A stretch of 64,000 nucleotides of DNA, from the NCBI GenBank assembly GCA_963785725.1, contig CAWAWS010000003.1, forward strand, positions 96,001-160,000. The letters run 5' to 3'. This document shows positions 38,796-49,226 of the stretch, one piece after another. The DNA comes from an uncultured delta proteobacterium. GTDB lineage: Bacteria; Myxococcota_A; Polyangia; Palsa-1104. Position 1 is the stretch's first letter, and each line of letters opens with the position of its first letter. The notes below the pieces were generated by a model that did not search any database, had not been told where the DNA came from, and saw only the letters and a list, made by a program, of their open reading frames with translations. A program made the translations under genes and the position numbers.

Positions 38796-39871
38796 TTGAG
38801 CAGCACGAGCTCGGAGCAGAAACCGGGCCCCATCGCCAACAACAGGCCGTCATCGCCGGGCCGCGCGACGGCGTCGTCCATCAAGTCACGCAGCACGAAC
38901 AGCACCGACGCCGAGGATAGATTGCCGACTTTCTCCAGCGAATCCCAAGAGCGTTGCAGCGCGCCCGGCGCCAACCCCAAGGTCTCCGATAATGCGGACA
39001 ACACTTTGGGACCGCCGGTATGCGCGACGACGTGTTTGATATCGGAACGGTCGAGCTGATATGCCGCTAAGAACGAATCGACGTCATGACCGACATATTT
39101 ATAGACGAGCTCGGGAACATTACCCGCGAGCACGATCTTGAAACCGCTATCGACCATGTCCCAGCCCATGACGCGCTCGGTATCGGGATAAAAGACGGAA
39201 CGAGAAGCGATGATGGAAGGGCCCGCGACCCGGCCGCGCGCGCGGGCGCCGCCGGCGAGAATGACCGCGGCCGCGCCGTCGCCGAAGAGGCCGGTGGCGA
39301 TGAGGTTGGCGACGGAGAGGTCGCCGCGCTGCAGCGTCAGCGAGCACAGCTCGGTCGACAACAGCAGCGCGACCTCGTCGGGAAAGGCGCGCAAATAGTC
39401 GGCGGCGCGCGCGATGCCGGCGGCGCCCGCCATGCAGCCGAGGCCGAAGATCGGCGTGCGCTTGACGTCGCTGCGCATGCCGAGGCGATTGACGAGCCGC
39501 GCGTCGAGGCTGGGCACGGCGACGCCGGTGACGGTCACGAAGAAAATGTGGTCGACGTCTTTGGGCGTCAGCTGGGCGCGTTCGAGCGCCTCACGCGTGG
39601 CCGCTTCACCGACCTCCAAGGCGACGGCGATCCAAGCGTCATTCGATTTCTGAAATGAGTCGAGGTCCTCGTAGTCTTTTAGCGGCAGCGCCAAATAGCG
39701 GCCCGATACTTTGACGGCGCGGTGCATATCCTCGACGCGCGCCGGGTTGAAGTGCTGCTTGACCCACAATCGCTTGAGCGCGTCGGCCAATTCGTCCTGA
39801 TTGGCGTAGTGTTTCGGCAGCGCGCGGCCGACCGAGAGGACCGACGGCGCGGGTGTCGCAGGTGAATTCAT
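38789..39871 (-). CDS. Type III polyketide synthase
   Basis: Catalytic triad GLGCMAG, HTGGPK, GNLSSASV; LFGDGAA and MGPGF motifs. Confidence 0.95.
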   Translation of the reverse strand: MNSPATPAPSVLSVGRALPKHYANQDELADALKRLWVKQHFNPARVEDMHRAVKVSGRYLALPLKDYEDLDSFQKSNDAWIAVALEVGEAATREALERAQLTPKDVDHIFFVTVTGVAVPSLDARLVNRLGMRSDVKRTPIFGLGCMAGAAGIARAADYLRAFPDEVALLLSTELCSLTLQRGDLSVANLIATGLFGDGAAAVILAGGARARGRVAGPSIIASRSVFYPDTERVMGWDMVDSGFKIVLAGNVPELVYKYVGHDVDSFLAAYQLDRSDIKHVVAHTGGPKVLSALSETLGLAPGALQRSWDSLEKVGNLSSASVLFVLRDLMDDAVARPGDDGLLLAMGPGFCSELVLLKW

Positions 39872-40445
39872 GCTCACTGCTCGGTGCACGAAACGAACCA
39901 CGGCCGAGTGCGCGCAAGAACGACGCAGCCTTCGTCGGCACGGCAAGATTCGCCATTGTTTCCGGGGCTGAAGCGTTACAGGCAAAATCGCAAATCGGCC
40001 GCGATTCGTTGGGCGCGATGATGCAATTTTGCAACGCTGCGCTCACGGTGTTTTGCGACGGCCGCGACCCGCGAACGGCCGTCGCAACGCAGGTAACGAC
40101 AGGGCTCGCCGGACGAATTCGCCGCTGCCGAGCGCGAACGGCGGTTCCGCAATGCAGCACTATAGGCGTTACGTCGAAATGACACGAGCTCTCGAGCGTC
40201 CGCCCGATGCGCCGGCGGGCGAGCGAGCGCGGGTCGGCGGGCATGTCGCCGCGTAAACGATCGCGCCGCGATGCCGCGCGAATCAGCCTCGAATGCGACG
40301 CTCGCCGCAATTGACGGAGACAATCGCTTCCACATCAATGGCAATCGAAAGGCCGCATGAAGCGAGCGCCTTAACGTTGGCGTTGGTTATTCGCGATATT
40401 GGCGAGCACACGGATTCGGCCAACCGCGTGGCAGGAATGGTGGGA

Positions 40446-41402
40446 TCAGCAGCGGGTGAGGATCTCGCAGCCGTCGTCGGTGACGAGGAGCGTGTGCTCG
40501 AACTGCGCGCTGCGTTTGCCGTCGGCGGTCACGACGGTCCAGTCGTCGTCCCATTCGCTGATGTCGTAGTCGCCCATGCACAACATCGGCTCGATCGTGA
40601 AGCACATGCCGGGCTCCATGATGCGCGTCGCGGCGGGATCGACGTGATGCGGAATGTGGAGCGGCTCGTGAAAGCCGGCGCCGATGCCGTGACCGCCATA
40701 GCGGCGCACGACGGAATACCCTTGCGCGTGCGCGTGCGGCTCGATGGCACGGCCGATGTCGCCGATGGGTCGGCCGGGACGCACGGCGGCGATGCCGAGG
40801 TCGAGGCATTCGCGCGTGACGCGCACGAGGCGCTCCGATTCGCGGTCGAGCTTGCCGACGGCGAACGTGGCGTTGGTATCGCCGTGAACTCCGTCGAGGA
40901 AGATGGTGACGTCGAGGTTGACGAGGTCGCCGTCGACGAGGCGGCGATCGTCGGGGATGCCGTGGCAGACGACTTCATTCACCGAGGTGCACAGCGATTT
41001 GGGGTAACCGTGAAAGTTCAACGTCGACGGATATCCGCCGCGCGCGATGTAGGCGGCGTGGGCGACGCCGTCGAGCTCGTCGGTGGTGACGCCGGGGCGA
41101 ATTCGCGCCGCGCATTCGGCGAGGACTTCGGCGGCGGCGCGGCCGGCGCGGCGCATGGCGGCGATTCCTTCGGCCGGCAAGAGCGTGTAACGACGCGCGA
41201 CCTTGGGCTGACCGCTGTCGGCATAGTCGGGGCGTGCGATGGCCGGCGGCACCGGCCGGCGCGCCGAGACCCGGCCTTTTTTCACGGCGGCGCGCGGCAC
41301 GAGCGCGTCGATCGGGCCGTGGCAGCGCGCGTAGGTCTCGCCGCGACCGCAGGGGCACGGATCGTTCGGTGCCGGGCGGCGCGCGCGCGCGTTGGGGCTC
41401 AC
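40446..41402 (-). CDS. map: Type I methionine aminopeptidase with N-terminal SEC-C motif
   Basis: NDPCPCG...CHG; SVNEVVCHGIP, GHGIG, FTIEP and SAQFEHT motifs. Confidence 0.92.
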   Translation of the reverse strand: MSPNARARRPAPNDPCPCGRGETYARCHGPIDALVPRAAVKKGRVSARRPVPPAIARPDYADSGQPKVARRYTLLPAEGIAAMRRAGRAAAEVLAECAARIRPGVTTDELDGVAHAAYIARGGYPSTLNFHGYPKSLCTSVNEVVCHGIPDDRRLVDGDLVNLDVTIFLDGVHGDTNATFAVGKLDRESERLVRVTRECLDLGIAAVRPGRPIGDIGRAIEPHAHAQGYSVVRRYGGHGIGAGFHEPLHIPHHVDPAATRIMEPGMCFTIEPMLCMGDYDISEWDDDWTVVTADGKRSAQFEHTLLVTDDGCEILTRC

Positions 41403-41605
41403 GAGCGGCCTCGATCGCGCGCCCAGCGTTTGACGTCCGGTCGCAGCCACAGCCGCGGCCGGCCGTTGCCGAGATCGACGACGGGACGCGGCATATCGCG
41501 ATAGCGCCGCTGATAAAGGCTGACGCTGTTGGCGTGCGCGAGCCCGAGCAGCTGGGCGACGGCGCGCGCGTCGATCAATTGACTCGTGTGTACCCAAGGC
41601 GACAT
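41399..41605 (-). CDS. Small AlpA/excisionase-like winged-HTH protein
   Basis: LIDARAVAQLLG...MPRPVV...RLW...DV pattern; GTGA overlap with map. Confidence 0.6.
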   Translation of the reverse strand: MSPWVHTSQLIDARAVAQLLGLAHANSVSLYQRRYRDMPRPVVDLGNGRPRLWLRPDVKRWARDRGRS

Positions 41606-42039
41606 GCGCGAAAGTCTAATCCCGTAGACAGGCGTTGTCTAGCGGTGGAGACAGCTTTGCGGCGCTGCGGCGAGCGGCGGCTAATCGCGTGGCAGCTCGC
41701 GCATCTCTACTGTGCCGCCGGCTTCGTACACTGGATTGCCATCGAGCAGTCGGCGGGCTTGGTTGAGGCTCTCCGCCTCGACACGTCTATAGCCGGTCAG
41801 ATGTGCGGCAATCGGCGGGGATGATCCGTTCTTGTTGACGCAAACGCCGACCCCAATCGAGCTGCCTCCTCGAGGTGACCGCCTTCACGCAACTTCGAAA
41901 GATAGCGTCGGCGAGGCTTTCGGCGCGTCGTGATGCATGAGGAAGAGATAGTCGCTCATCGAACGGAGCGTAGAGCCGCGCCTCTTCCGCAGCAATCAGA
42001 ACTGATCGGGCTGTCGTGCGTCCTCTACTAAGGACACAC

Positions 42040-42810
42040 CTAATCGGTCGCGAGGAGCGGGAGAGACGCTGGATCTTGCTGATAGTAGAGCCGCAGCTGT
42101 TCGTACAGCGCCTGATGCTTTGCCTGCAGCTCGCGCGGGCTCTCGAAGAAGGCCTCGGTGACGACGGCGAAGAATTCGGCGGGGTTCTTGGCGCCATAGG
42201 TGTCGATGAGCGTCTGCCGATGATGCTCGGACGCGCTCACCAGCTCGGCATATTCGCCGCCGAGGACGCTGGCCCACGTCGCATACATCGAACGCCGCGG
42301 CAATCCCGGCGCGCCGTTGGCCGCGCCATCCTCGAGGTCGAGCTGATGGGCGAACTCGTGCAAGACGACATTGTGCCCGGTGCGCGTGGCGCCCTGAATG
42401 CTGTCCCAGCTCAGCACGAGTGCGCCGTGTTGCCACGATTCACCGAGGCGCACTTCGAAGTCGTCGCTGATGAGACCGCCCGGCAGCGGCGTGCCGATGG
42501 GAACGACATAAGCGGACGGATAGACGAGGATCGATTCCAAGCCGGGATAATAATCAGTGTCGCGATGTAACAAGAGGAGGCACGCTTCGCCGGCGATCGT
42601 GATCTTCATTTCGTCGGTCATGACGAGGCCGCCGCAGCCTTCGAAGTGTTTCTCGGCGAGAAAGACCTGCATGTGCCCGGCGAGCTCGACTCGATCGTGC
42701 TCCGGTAAGCGACGATAATAGGGCACGTTTCGCTCGAGAATGGCGTGCCATTCGGGCGGCGTCGGACGGGCGCGTAAGCCGGCGCGGTGATGATTGCGAA
42801 AGAAGCTCAT
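42040..42810 (-). CDS. MtfA-family (M90) zinc peptidase
   Basis: GESW, NVVLHEFAHQLD and YGAKNPAEFFAV motifs. Confidence 0.88.
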   Translation of the reverse strand: MSFFRNHHRAGLRARPTPPEWHAILERNVPYYRRLPEHDRVELAGHMQVFLAEKHFEGCGGLVMTDEMKITIAGEACLLLLHRDTDYYPGLESILVYPSAYVVPIGTPLPGGLISDDFEVRLGESWQHGALVLSWDSIQGATRTGHNVVLHEFAHQLDLEDGAANGAPGLPRRSMYATWASVLGGEYAELVSASEHHRQTLIDTYGAKNPAEFFAVVTEAFFESPRELQAKHQALYEQLRLYYQQDPASLPLLATD

Positions 42811-43059
42811 TCAACCACTATCGATAAGGCCGGTCGCGCCGCGGCACAAGACGCAGAACGACGGCGAAATGACGAATCGCGAAGATTCGTCGTATCGCTA
42901 GGCGTGTCGGGATGTCTTCGAGGTTCGGACCGAGGCAGTTCGCCGCAAGGAGGCCCGACATGTTAAGAGCTCAGCGCGCTTGCCCAAAGGCCGGTGACCG
43001 GTAAGTGACGACGCCGCTCAGCCGCAGTTGGCCTGCCGACGGGCGAGCTTCGAGGACCG

Positions 43060-43596
43060 CTAAGGTTTGATGACGGTGCTGGCGACGGTCTTATCCCAGC
43101 TGATGGCCAGCGTGACTTTGCCCTCGGCGGCGGGCGAGAACGATATCGTCAGCTGCTCGACCGGCGTGGGCGACGTGCTCAGCTTGAGCGCAGTGCGGCC
43201 GACGTCGCTCTTGGCGTCGTACTTATAAGCGCCCCACTGCTTTGCTTCTTTATTGATGATGAGCTGCCAATCAGTGGCTTTGGGAAGCGTGAATAACGAA
43301 TAGCTGCCCTTGGCGACTTTGAGATCGCCGACGGTGACGTCGCCGTCGCAGGTGAACGTCGTGGCTTCGTCGGCGCCGGTGCGCCAGACCTCGCCGAACG
43401 GAACCAGCGCGCCGAAGATGTCGCGCCCTTTCTTGAAGGGACGACCGTATTCGATCGTGATCGTCTTGCCACCGACCGTGGTCGTGACCTTGTCGTGCGG
43501 GCTGGCGCGCTTGTCGGCCGCGTAAAGACGGGCGGCGACGAGACCGAGGACGATGATGGCGCCGGCGGCGATGACGAGTCGCGTGCTCTTTTTCAT
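43060..43596 (-). CDS. DUF2911 domain protein
   Basis: RASP, YGRP..KGR.IFG.LVPFGEVWRTGADEAT motif. Confidence 0.88.
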   Translation of the reverse strand: MKKSTRLVIAAGAIIVLGLVAARLYAADKRASPHDKVTTTVGGKTITIEYGRPFKKGRDIFGALVPFGEVWRTGADEATTFTCDGDVTVGDLKVAKGSYSLFTLPKATDWQLIINKEAKQWGAYKYDAKSDVGRTALKLSTSPTPVEQLTISFSPAAEGKVTLAISWDKTVASTVIKP

Positions 43597-43978
43597 GGGA
43601 TGCTCATCATCGTACAAACGGCTCGCCGGTCAAGTGGCCGCGCTCGGAGGATTCGTCACTGCCGAAACATCGCGTCTCACTCGTTCGCTGCTATTGGTCG
43701 TTCTCGTCGCTGTCGGCGGCCAAAGCGGGCTCGCTATTGTTGCAGCGCGGGTCGCAAGCCACCGTCGTCTCGCGAAAAGACCGCATATGGCGCGTCGGCT
43801 TGCGCAACAGCGCGCCGCAGCGGGAAAGCATTCGCGAATGACCGATTGTCGGCATGACCGATAACCGTTCGCGCTCGTCATGCGTCCACAAGAATGAGCG
43901 CATGAGGGTATTCAAACTCGTCGATATGGCGACTGATTCGTCGGCGGAGACGTATATCGCGATGGATTAGCGCAACGG

Positions 43979-45202
43979 CTAAAGGCCGCGCAATCCGCCG
44001 AAAGGCGAGCCGACGCGACGCTCGTTCTCCAAATGGAACCCGAAACGAAAGCGAATACGGTGGTCGGGATCGAATAAGCCGGCCGGCGGATTCGGGAATG
44101 GCTGCGCCCGCTGAAATGCCCCGACCGCCTCGTCGTCCAAGACGCCGACGCCGCTCGACTGACTGACCTCGACGGAGACGATGTGTCCATTTTCGTCGAG
44201 CGTGACGTCGACGACCGTCACCATGTTCCTGTCCATCGCCCGGCTGCGCGGACTGCCCTGCATGCGATCGCTCGGCCGCCACTGCTCGCCGACGCGCTGC
44301 TTCACGCGATTGAAGAACGACGCATATTTGAACTCGCGCGTATTCAAGAACGTGCCTTCGCCGATCGGCACTTTGTTCAAGAAGTCGTTGGGCGCGGCAC
44401 CGACCGCTTCGGCCGGCGCGCCCGCCGCGTGAGTCTCCTCGGGCGCATCGGGCGTCCCCGCTTTGCCCTCCGAGCCCTCTTGCCCTTGCTGCGCCAACAG
44501 CGAACCCGGCCGCAGCTGCAAGCGACTGGCGAAACCGCTCGTCATCGCGGCGTCGCCTTTGACGCGCGTCTCGCCGTCGTCGCTGCGCTCGAGCGTCGCC
44601 ACTTTGGGGCGGTTCTCGCTCTTGGGAATCGCCCGCTCGGCGCTCAGCGTCTTTTCGGCCTTCGTCTTGTCCTCGGTGCCGGTGCCCTGGTTTCCCTTGA
44701 GCTTCGCCGCCTGCTCTTTGGTTTCGTTGGGCTGCACCTGCGTCTGCTTGGGCATCGCCTTGCCGTAAAACGGCGTGGTCTCGCGCGCCCGCGTCTCCTT
44801 CGCCACCGTGTTGTCGTGCTCGGCGAGATAGGCGCTGTCGGTCGGCTTCTGGTCATTGCCGGCCGCGACGTCGACGACTTGTCCCGTCGGCATCGTCTCC
44901 TTCTTGACCTCGGGGGCGCGCTTGGCCGCCGCCTTCGCCGCGGCGGCGGGCGGCTCCGGCTGGTGCGTCGAGTCCCAATCCTTGGCCGACACCGTCACCA
45001 TGTCGACGTCCTGCTCGTCGAATTGATCGGCCGGCTTGGGCGGATTGACGAGCATGGCCGCTTTGGGCGACAGCGCCTGAAACGTCGTAATGACGACAAA
45101 ATGCACGGCCAGCGACGACGCCATCCAGGCCAAGAGCCAGCCCGCCGAGCGCGGAGCCCGGCGAGAATCAATCGCGCGTATCTGAATGCTGCTCGCCAAC
45201 AT
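43979..45202 (-). CDS. TonB-family energy transducer-like protein
   Basis: N-terminal TM with His (SLAVH); LNTREFKYASFF; SSG..LDDEAV..F.RAQPFPNPP TonB C-domain. Confidence 0.8.
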   Translation of the reverse strand: MLASSIQIRAIDSRRAPRSAGWLLAWMASSLAVHFVVITTFQALSPKAAMLVNPPKPADQFDEQDVDMVTVSAKDWDSTHQPEPPAAAAKAAAKRAPEVKKETMPTGQVVDVAAGNDQKPTDSAYLAEHDNTVAKETRARETTPFYGKAMPKQTQVQPNETKEQAAKLKGNQGTGTEDKTKAEKTLSAERAIPKSENRPKVATLERSDDGETRVKGDAAMTSGFASRLQLRPGSLLAQQGQEGSEGKAGTPDAPEETHAAGAPAEAVGAAPNDFLNKVPIGEGTFLNTREFKYASFFNRVKQRVGEQWRPSDRMQGSPRSRAMDRNMVTVVDVTLDENGHIVSVEVSQSSGVGVLDDEAVGAFQRAQPFPNPPAGLFDPDHRIRFRFGFHLENERRVGSPFGGLRGL

Positions 45203-45419
45203 CGAAGGAACGCTTTCATGTAGCCCGGCGGGCCGCTTTGGGCAAGCCGCGCGGCATGGGCGGCGCCGCGTCGCTGGCGACGGTGCGAAAGCGGGAACAA
45301 AAAGCGCCGGCAGCTCGTCGGCGTGCTGGCCGGCAGGCGGCCGCTCGCCCGACGGCCGGGCGCTCGGCGCGGACGCGCGCCGGCCGGCGATCGGCGCTGC
45401 GCCTCAGGTAACGCGCGTG

Positions 45420-45975
45420 CCGGGCGAGCTGCTGTCCGCTCGCGAAAGGCATGGGGCGCCCGGCGAGCTGCTGTCCGCTCGCGAAAAGCGCGAGACGCCC
45501 GGCGAGCTGCTGTCCGCTCGCGAAAGGCGCGGGACGCCCGGCGAGCTGCCGTTGCTCGCGAAAGGCGCGGGAACTCCGGGCGAGTTGCCGTGCACTCGCG
45601 AACGAGACGGCCACGAGCTGCCAGTTGCGGTCGGAAAGACGCTGGACGGTGGCGAATTGGCGGCGGCTGCGCTTGGGAAAACGCGGACAGCGGCTGATTT
45701 GGTCGCACTCAGGACGGCGCGAGAGGGCGGCCAATCGCTGGCGTTACGCTCGGGACAGCGCGAGACGGCCGCCACTTGCGGCAGTGCGCCGGCGAGGCGC
45801 CGGACGGCCGCCAATTGTCGGCACTGCGGAAGGCGAGCCGAAGACGGCCGCCCATTGTCGGCACTGTGCCGGGCGAGCCGAAGACGGCCGCCCATTGTCG
45901 CCAACTGCGCTCGGACAGCCGCGGGACGGCCGCCCATTGTCGGCACTGCGCCCGCACAGGCGGCCCAATTGGCGC
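45420..45975. repeat. Two adjacent tandem-repeat families (~39-bp period)
   Basis: GCGAGCTG-type core at 45424, 45463, 45502, 45541 and 45580; GACGGCCGCCCATTGTCGGCACTG about 5 times at 45760-45975. Confidence 0.8.
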
Positions 45976-46045
45976 GCTGCCGACGAGGCGCGAGCCGGCA
46001 TGCGTCGATTGCCAAGATTAGTAAGGCACCGTAGTATTTTCGCCG

Positions 46046-46894
46046 ATGGAGCGCTTCATTCCCAACGAGCTCGCGATCGAGATGATGCGCCGCTACAAGA
46101 AGCGCTTTCCCGATCTCGATACGAACGCCGTCGAGCTGGCGCTGCGGGTCAAGCGCTTCGCCAACCTCGCCGAGGCCCACGCCGAAGCGCACTTCGCCCG
46201 TTACGGCCTGACTGCGGGCCGTTTTCGCATCCTCATCGAGCTCTTCGAAGCCAGCGACGGATTGACCCCGAGCGCGCTCGCCGAGCATGGCTGCGTCTCG
46301 CGCTCGACCATCACCGGGCTCTTGACCAACCTCGAGAAGGACGGGCTCGTCGAGCGCGCGCCCGGCCGCGACGATGGACGCTCCTTTCGCACCCGCCTGA
46401 CCGAGGACGCGCGGCGCAAGATGGAGCGCATCTTGCCCGACCATTTCCGGCGCATGAGCGAGCTGGCGACGGTGCTCGACGACGATGAGCAGCGGGAATT
46501 CATGCGGATTTTGCGCAAGATCGAGCCGATGTTCCAGCTCGCGCCGGAGACGCAGCCGACGACGGCGCGGGCGCGCCCACCGGCGCCGCCGCAGGCGAAG
46601 ACGCCGCGCCCGCAGAGCGCGAAGACGCCGCACCTGCGGACGGCGAAGACGCCGCGCCTGCACGAGCGCGAAGACGCCGCGCCTGCAGAGCGCGAAGACG
46701 CCGCGCCCGCAAAGCGCGAAGACGCCGCACCTGCGGACGGCGAAGACGCCGCGCCTGCACGGCGCGAAGACGCCGCACCTGCGGACGGCGAAGACGCCAC
46801 TTCAACCGACGGGAAAGACGCCGCGCCCGCCCCGACGCCAGCCGACAACGGCGCGGATGAAGCCGATTCGCTGACCGCCCCGCCCGGCCGCTGA
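46046..46894 (+). CDS. MarR-family regulator with repetitive C-terminal tail
   Basis: LTPSALAE..VSRSTITGLLTNLEKDGLVER...DGRS...LT motif. Confidence 0.9.
   Translation: MERFIPNELAIEMMRRYKKRFPDLDTNAVELALRVKRFANLAEAHAEAHFARYGLTAGRFRILIELFEASDGLTPSALAEHGCVSRSTITGLLTNLEKDGLVERAPGRDDGRSFRTRLTEDARRKMERILPDHFRRMSELATVLDDDEQREFMRILRKIEPMFQLAPETQPTTARARPPAPPQAKTPRPQSAKTPHLRTAKTPRLHEREDAAPAEREDAAPAKREDAAPADGEDAAPARREDAAPADGEDATSTDGKDAAPAPTPADNGADEADSLTAPPGR
46595..46830 (+). repeat. 24-bp tandem repeat inside marR
   Basis: GAAGACGCC recurring every 24 bp, with one 25-bp unit. Confidence 0.85.
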
Positions 46895-46947
46895 AACCGA
46901 GCGGCAGGCTCGCGCATCTGACCATGAAGTCGCCCGTTCGCTCGCGA

Positions 46948-47275
46948 GAGTAGTTAGGCACCGAAGCATCAGGAGCGCCGAAGTACGCGAAAGTAGTTAG
47001 CCACCGAAGCATCGGCGTGCGGTCGGACTGAACGTCGTTAGCTAGCGAATCATCGGCGCGGTGGGACTGAATGTCGTTAGCCACCGAAGCATCGGCGCGC
47101 GGTCGGATCTGAAAGTAGCCACCGAAGCGTCGGCGCGAGCGTTCGCAAGGTAGTTAGGCACCGAATCTTCGCGAGGTAGTTAGGCACCGAATCTTCGCGA
47201 GGTAGTTAGGCCCGAATCTTCGTAAAGGCAGTCAGCCGCCGAATCGTCGCAAAGTAGTTAGCCGCCGAATCATCG
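46948..47275 (+). repeat. Ten direct copies of an operator-like motif
   Basis: GTAGTTAGGCACCGAAnCATC-like copies; a related site lies at 46018-46040 before marR. Confidence 0.8.
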
Positions 47276-47291
47276 AGGTCAGTGGAACGAG

Positions 47292-48908
47292 ATGTCTCAG
47301 GTCGTATCGCCTACCGCGCCACTGCCGCCGTCGCCGCCGCCGCGACCGATCTCCGAGACGATCACGCCCGCGATGCGCGCCATCGTCACCATCACCGTCA
47401 TGGCGGCGACCATCATGGAGGTGCTCGACACCTCGATCGTCAACGTCGCGCTGCCGAACATGCAAGGCCAGCTCGGCGCCACGCTCGACGACATCGGCTG
47501 GGTGTCGACCGGCTACATCATCTCCAACGTCATCGTCCTGCCGCTGACCGGCTGGCTCTCCGACGTCTTCGGCCGCCGCAAATATCTCGCCTACTCCGTC
47601 ATCCTCTTCACGCTGGCGTCGTTCGGCTGCGGCATCTCGCGCAGCCTCGGGACGCTCGTCACCTTCCGCATCATCCAAGGCATGGGCGGCGCCGCCTTTC
47701 TGTCGACGGCGCAAGCGACCCTCGTCGAAATCTACCCCAAGAATCGCCAGGGTTTCGCGCAGGCCATGTTCGGCATGGGCGTCGTCATGGCGCCGACGCT
47801 GGGGCCGACCGTCGGCGGCTTCATCACCGATCATTACACGTGGCCGTGGATCTTCTTCGTCAACGTGCCCGTCGGAATCTTGGCCGCCGTCCTGTGCTTC
47901 GCCTACGTGCCCGATTCGCTGGCGGCCTCGGCGCCACGACGGGCCGACTTCGCCGGCATCCTCTTGCTCGCCGTCGGGCTCGGCTCGCTGCAGACGATCC
48001 TCGAGCGCGGCGAGCAGGAGGACTGGTTCGAGAAGCCGTACATCACGGCGCTGGCGCTGACGGCGCTGTGCGGCGGGATCGCGTTCGTTTGGTGGGAGCT
48101 CAATCCGCGCAACAAGTCGCCGGCCGTGGACCTGCGCGTGCTCGCCAATCGCAACCTCGCCGCCGGCTCGGCGTTCGCGTCGGCGCTCGGCTTCGGCCTC
48201 TACGGCTCGGTGCTGCTGATTCCGCAGTTCTTGCAACGCGTGCAGGCGCATACGGCGCAACAAACGGGCCTCTTGCTGCTGCCCGGCGGCATCGCGACGG
48301 CAATGATGATGCCTATCATCGCACGCATGCTGACGCGCTTCGACCCGCGCTTCTTCATCGGCGCCGGCATGACGCTCCTCGGCACGTCGGCGCTGTGGCT
48401 GGCGCATCTGCTGACGCTGGAGACGCCGAACTCGGCCATCTTCGTGCCGCTCATCCTGCGCGGAATGGGCATCGGGCTGCAGTTCGTGCCGCTGTCGATC
48501 GTCGCCTTGGGCACGCTCAAGCCCAACAAAGTGGCCGAAGGCGCCGGCCTCTATAATCTGTTCCGGCAGCTCGGCGGCTCTTTTGGCATCGCAATTTTAG
48601 CGACGATCCTCGATCGACGGCAGAAGTTCCACTTCGATCGACTGCGCGAGCACGTCGATGTCGGCAATGTGCTCGTGCAGCAGCAGCTCGCGGCCATCAA
48701 GCTGCGGCTGGCCGGCGGCGGTTACATGCCGGGCGACATCGATCAGGCGGCGCAGCGAATCCTCGGCGGAAACGTGACGCACCAGGCGTTCAATTTGAGC
48801 TTCATCGACGCGTTTTGGGCGATGGGCTGGATCTGCTTCTCGGCGCTGCTGCTGCTGTTCTTGTTTCAGCGGGCGAAGAATCGGAATAGCGCGGCAGCGG
48901 CGCATTAA
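47292..48908 (+). CDS. DHA2 (EmrB/QacA) MFS efflux permease
   Basis: MEVLDTSIVNVALP, WVSTGY, FRIIQG, APTLGPTVGG and WPWIFFVNVP motifs. Confidence 0.93.
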   Translation: MSQVVSPTAPLPPSPPPRPISETITPAMRAIVTITVMAATIMEVLDTSIVNVALPNMQGQLGATLDDIGWVSTGYIISNVIVLPLTGWLSDVFGRRKYLAYSVILFTLASFGCGISRSLGTLVTFRIIQGMGGAAFLSTAQATLVEIYPKNRQGFAQAMFGMGVVMAPTLGPTVGGFITDHYTWPWIFFVNVPVGILAAVLCFAYVPDSLAASAPRRADFAGILLLAVGLGSLQTILERGEQEDWFEKPYITALALTALCGGIAFVWWELNPRNKSPAVDLRVLANRNLAAGSAFASALGFGLYGSVLLIPQFLQRVQAHTAQQTGLLLLPGGIATAMMMPIIARMLTRFDPRFFIGAGMTLLGTSALWLAHLLTLETPNSAIFVPLILRGMGIGLQFVPLSIVALGTLKPNKVAEGAGLYNLFRQLGGSFGIAILATILDRRQKFHFDRLREHVDVGNVLVQQQLAAIKLRLAGGGYMPGDIDQAAQRILGGNVTHQAFNLSFIDAFWAMGWICFSALLLLFLFQRAKNRNSAAAAH

Positions 48909-49017
48909 AGGCGGTTCTCGATCCGCTCCCGTCGCGAACCCTGCTGCGGGCCGCGTCTGCTTCGTTGCGCATCGCTTTAGTGAACCGCCAGTCGCTTTGC
49001 TCTTCGCGCCTCGCTGC

Positions 49018-49122
49018 CGCGTAGTTGCTTCCCAGTCATGCCTCGCATGTTGCGTACGTGGTTGCTTCGCAGTCATGCCGCGCAGCTGACGCGTGCGTGG
49101 TTATTCGCAGTCATGCTTCGCG
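49018..49122. repeat. Three imperfect direct repeats
   Basis: CGTRGTT(GC/A)TTCSCAGTCATGC three times between convergent genes. Confidence 0.55.
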
Positions 49123-49226
49123 TGAGCGAGATCGTCGCGCCCCGTGTTCTGCTTCGTGCGGTCAGCGGCGCTTCTTCGCCGCGGCTTCCCAGCGCGAGCG
49201 CCCGGCTGTGACGAGACTCGCCGGAG

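Noticed and set aside
46948..47275. CRISPR array
   Set aside because: Repeats are degenerate, spacers are short, uneven and partly repeated, and there are no cas genes in the window
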